A DNA stretch of 64,000 bases from Vicugna vicugna (Eukaryota), in NCBI GenBank assembly GCA_013265495.1, contig MU062417.1:7683191-7747190 (forward strand), given 5' to 3'. The stretch's first letter is position 1. Every line of letters begins with the position of its first letter. A program made the translations under genes and the position numbers. Positions 61,050 through 64,000 of the stretch are shown piece by piece. Below the pieces are notes generated by a model. The model ran no database searches. It was not told the origin of the DNA and was given only the letters and a program-made list of their open reading frames with translations.

Positions 61050-61201
61050 CATGTTAGGAAGCAGCTAAGTGCTCTGGGGTGAAATAACACAGGGGGATAG
61101 AGGGTGCCAAGTGGGTATTGCAGCAGCAAATAGAATGTTTGGGGTAGATCTCTCTGAGAAGTTGATACTCGGAAATAGACTCAAAGGAAAGGAGAGCCAT
61201 G

Positions 61202-61728
61202 TGTTGGAGAAAATTCTGCATGGTGTTTCCACACACCCTGGACTATCTTTTCAAGGACGTTAGAATAGCAAACAGGCTTGGAAGCTAGAGATAGCCTGTC
61301 CCCCTGAGTTGGGCAGATTCACTTCCTTATCTGCATAGTATATCTGGATACAATCTCCCTCCGTGGAGAATTTCTAGGATAGCAAAGTCTTCCTCCTCTC
61401 TCCAGAGAAGATTTGTTTATATCCCACAGTACTGAGGTAACATCGCTCCCTGGAGGGGAGAGCAGGCGAATTTTACAGCAGTCCCCATGTAACGCTAGGC
61501 ATCTCCTAAACTGAGTGTTCCTCATCCGTGACACAGACACGTGTGTACTCATCAACCAGATGCTGTGCTAATTGCTTTCCTGGGACTTGGATGAGCAAGG
61601 GAACTGACGTCAGCATCACGTGTGCGCTGCCGGCCGTGCTATGGGTAACAGATTGTCTAAACCCGTCTGGGCTCGTTTCCTTACTGACCATCTCTCCTGC
61701 CGCTCAGCCATTTCTTAACCACTTGGTA
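61202..61728 (+). mobile_element. LTR40-like ERVL solo LTR with 5-bp TSD
   Basis: tgttggagaaattct...ctggactatcttttcaagga...ggaagctagagatag...gggaactgacg; CCATG (61197-61201) and CCGTG (61729-61733) flank it. Confidence 0.8.
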
Positions 61729-62529
61729 CCGTGTGGCTATTGAAGGAAAAGCATTCCAGGTAGGGGAAATTGCCAGTGCACAGACCTTCAGGCGGAAGCA
61801 TGCCTGGCTTATTTGATAAATAGCAAGAAGGCCAATGTGGCTGGAGTTCAGTGAGTTGGGGAAAAGTAAAAAAGAGCTGAATCCAGAGAGGAATGTGGAT
61901 GGGCACATCATGCAGGCACTTGAAGGACATTGGAAGGGCTTTGATTTTCTCATCTTGGTAAGACAGACATTTACTGACGGTATTTGGAGAAGAGGAATGG
62001 AAAAATCTGACATATTATAAAGAGGTCACTTCAGTGATGAGAAGAAAGTGTAGGAGGGCAAGGGCAGGGGCAAGGAAACCAGTGAGGTAGGAATGGCAGA
62101 CATGACGGCAACTTTGATCAGGATGGTGAGAAGTGGGCAGACTTGGGGTGTCTTTTGAAGGTGGAGTAGACAGATTTGCTGATGGATTAGATATGGGTTT
62201 TCTGTGAGGAAATGACAAGATATATTGATGGTTTGACCAACAATTTGAAGACTGAAGTTGTCAGTCATCAAAATGAGATAACTATGAGTGGAACATATTT
62301 GAGGAGAAGAAATATTAGTAGTTCAGTTTAAAAAGGTGAAGTTTAAGACATCACTTATCCATATATTAAGTCTCTTGAAGAGCTCACAGATCCTTTAAAA
62401 TAAGGATTATTTTGCAATTGCTTGAAAAGCAGGCTTCTAGGGGAGCTTCCATATATATAAAGTTAATCACTTTTCTTCTTCAAATAATTAAAAATTGTGT
62501 TGGAAAATATATTAACCAGAAAAGTTATT

Positions 62530-62700
62530 TAGAGCTCAAAAGGACCTAGAAATCATCCAGTCCTACCTCCTTACTTTACTAATGAGAGTACTGAGGTCTG
62601 GAGTGGGCGAGGGTCTTGCAGTCATAGCAGTTAGGTGGCGTCAGAGATGGAATTTGAACATGAGACTCCTCACTGGGTCTAATGCTGTTTCCACCTCACC
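62530..62700 (-). mobile_element. MIR/MIR3 SINE
   Basis: aaggacctagaaatcatccagtcc...actgaggtctggag...atttgaacatgagactcct. Confidence 0.75.
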
Positions 62701-63479
62701 AGTCATCTCGGTAATGAGAAGGCAGTGCCTATTAGCACACAGATTGTTATTATAGAAACTGCATGTCCAATAGCTTTGCGTTTTATTAACATTTTGAACT
62801 TTCAAAATACTTCCACATCTGCTATCTAATTTGATTCACACAATAGCCTGTGAAGTATTTATAAACTAATTTCATTTGAAAAATAAAAGAGAGAACGCCA
62901 TAAACTAGGACAGATCCCAGAGTTTAAAGAAAATGTGTCCAATCAGACAGATGGAGAAAATGTTCATCATTCTCCAGTATCGTCTTCTAGGCCAGAGATG
63001 GGGGTGCATACGGTAGAGAGTCCTGTGGATGATGTCCTCAGGCATTTTAGACTTCATGAAAAAGTCCCATTTTTAATGTCAACTGTATCAGCAGTCACAA
63101 ATTTACACACAGTGTAACTCTGATGTGCAGAGAAAACGTGCCTTCCACATGTTGCCTATTCAGGCCTTATCTTGATTCCACACTGCTGGTTAAGGTGGAC
63201 AAAAGAAAAGTTTGTTCCAATCCTATATAATACTTGGTCCATACTAATCATTTAAATCTTTCCCTTAGGTAATGCCAATTCTGTTTAGAAAATAAATATT
63301 TTGTCTCTCAGTTGCTTGGACTCCTCACTGTGAGAAAGTACCTAAGAATACGGGGCAGAGACCTACACAGACTTGGGGTAGAATAGAAGGCTTGAATCCT
63401 TGGAGAAGCATCTTCTGGCTTTAGTGAATTATGGCTTTGTGTTACTTGCCCGCTGGGATTCACTAAGGAGGTGGGGTCT

Positions 63480-63922
63480 GTTCCCCACAGCTCCCCAGCT
63501 CTTCCCTAAATCTAATATAATTTTGTGGCTTGTCTTAGAGACTTGTAAAGGCAGGTTCTCTTCTTCATTGTGGCAGAGTGACGTGACAGTTCTGCTGAGC
63601 CTAGACCCTCAAGGGACCGTGTGTGTTTCCTACTGCTCCAGTGTGCCCCTGTCATCCCCGTGAGATGATGGAAAGGCTAGCCTGCTGGGAGATGAGACAT
63701 ACTTGGGACAAAGCTGAAGTGACTAATAAACCCAGCCCAGCCCAGCCTAGCCTGGGTCAGCCAGAGTCAGGCTAGCCCAGAAATCTGAGCCAGTGCAGCC
63801 CAACTTGGCAGTCTACCTGATCACCATATTCATGAGCAATAAACACTTACTGTTTTGTGCCATTGAGGGTTTTTTTTGTGTTTTTTTTTTTGATGTTGTT
63901 ATATAGCAAAAGGTAACTGATA
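63480..63922 (+). mobile_element. MLT1H/I-type MaLR LTR
   Basis: gagcctagaccctcaaggg...gctagcctgctgggagatgaga...(cccag)n...catgagcaataaacac...tatagcaaaaggtaactgata. Confidence 0.8.
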
Positions 63923-64000
63923 AACCACTTCACCCCTAAATATGGCAACTCTCTGGAGATCTTGCCAACCATCCTTGCCTACCGTCAGTGTCTGTCAGCT

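Larger units (their letters stand above)
60555..62360 (-). mobile_element. L2a split by MER2 and LTR40
   Basis: 3' end atttattaagtgcttatt...; the body rejoins as gagccatg|tggctattgaaggaaaagcattccagg; long antisense L2a stretch to about 62360. Confidence 0.88.

Overview
Mammalian genomic DNA, almost certainly camelid: it carries three tRNA-Ala-derived Vic-1-type SINEs and a camelid-type L1 3' tail. I recognise no protein-coding gene. The only ORF-track entries with recognisable protein content are dead transposon remnants (L1 ORF1p, L2 ORF2, ERVL pol). By eye about 40% of the window is interspersed repeat: L1, L2, MIR, MaLR/ERVL/ERV1 LTRs and hAT/Tigger DNA transposons, often nested. There are two assembly gaps. 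The unique sequence looks intronic or intergenic, with several CpG-retaining patches (about 16.6, 21.5-22.4, 44.9-49.2, 57-59 and 61.3-61.7 kb). The best leads are a relic two-LTR ERVL provirus (52.7-55.9 kb), a second split ERVL pol remnant (27-28.7 kb), two old LTRs with unusual CpG content, a tail-to-tail L2 hairpin, a Z-DNA/E-box element, and signals compatible with an unannotated minus-strand transcript ending near 43.26 kb. I did not find a demonstrably new biological system. Repeat family names come from my recollection of Repbase/Dfam consensus sequences, not from a search, and most repeat boundaries are approximate.
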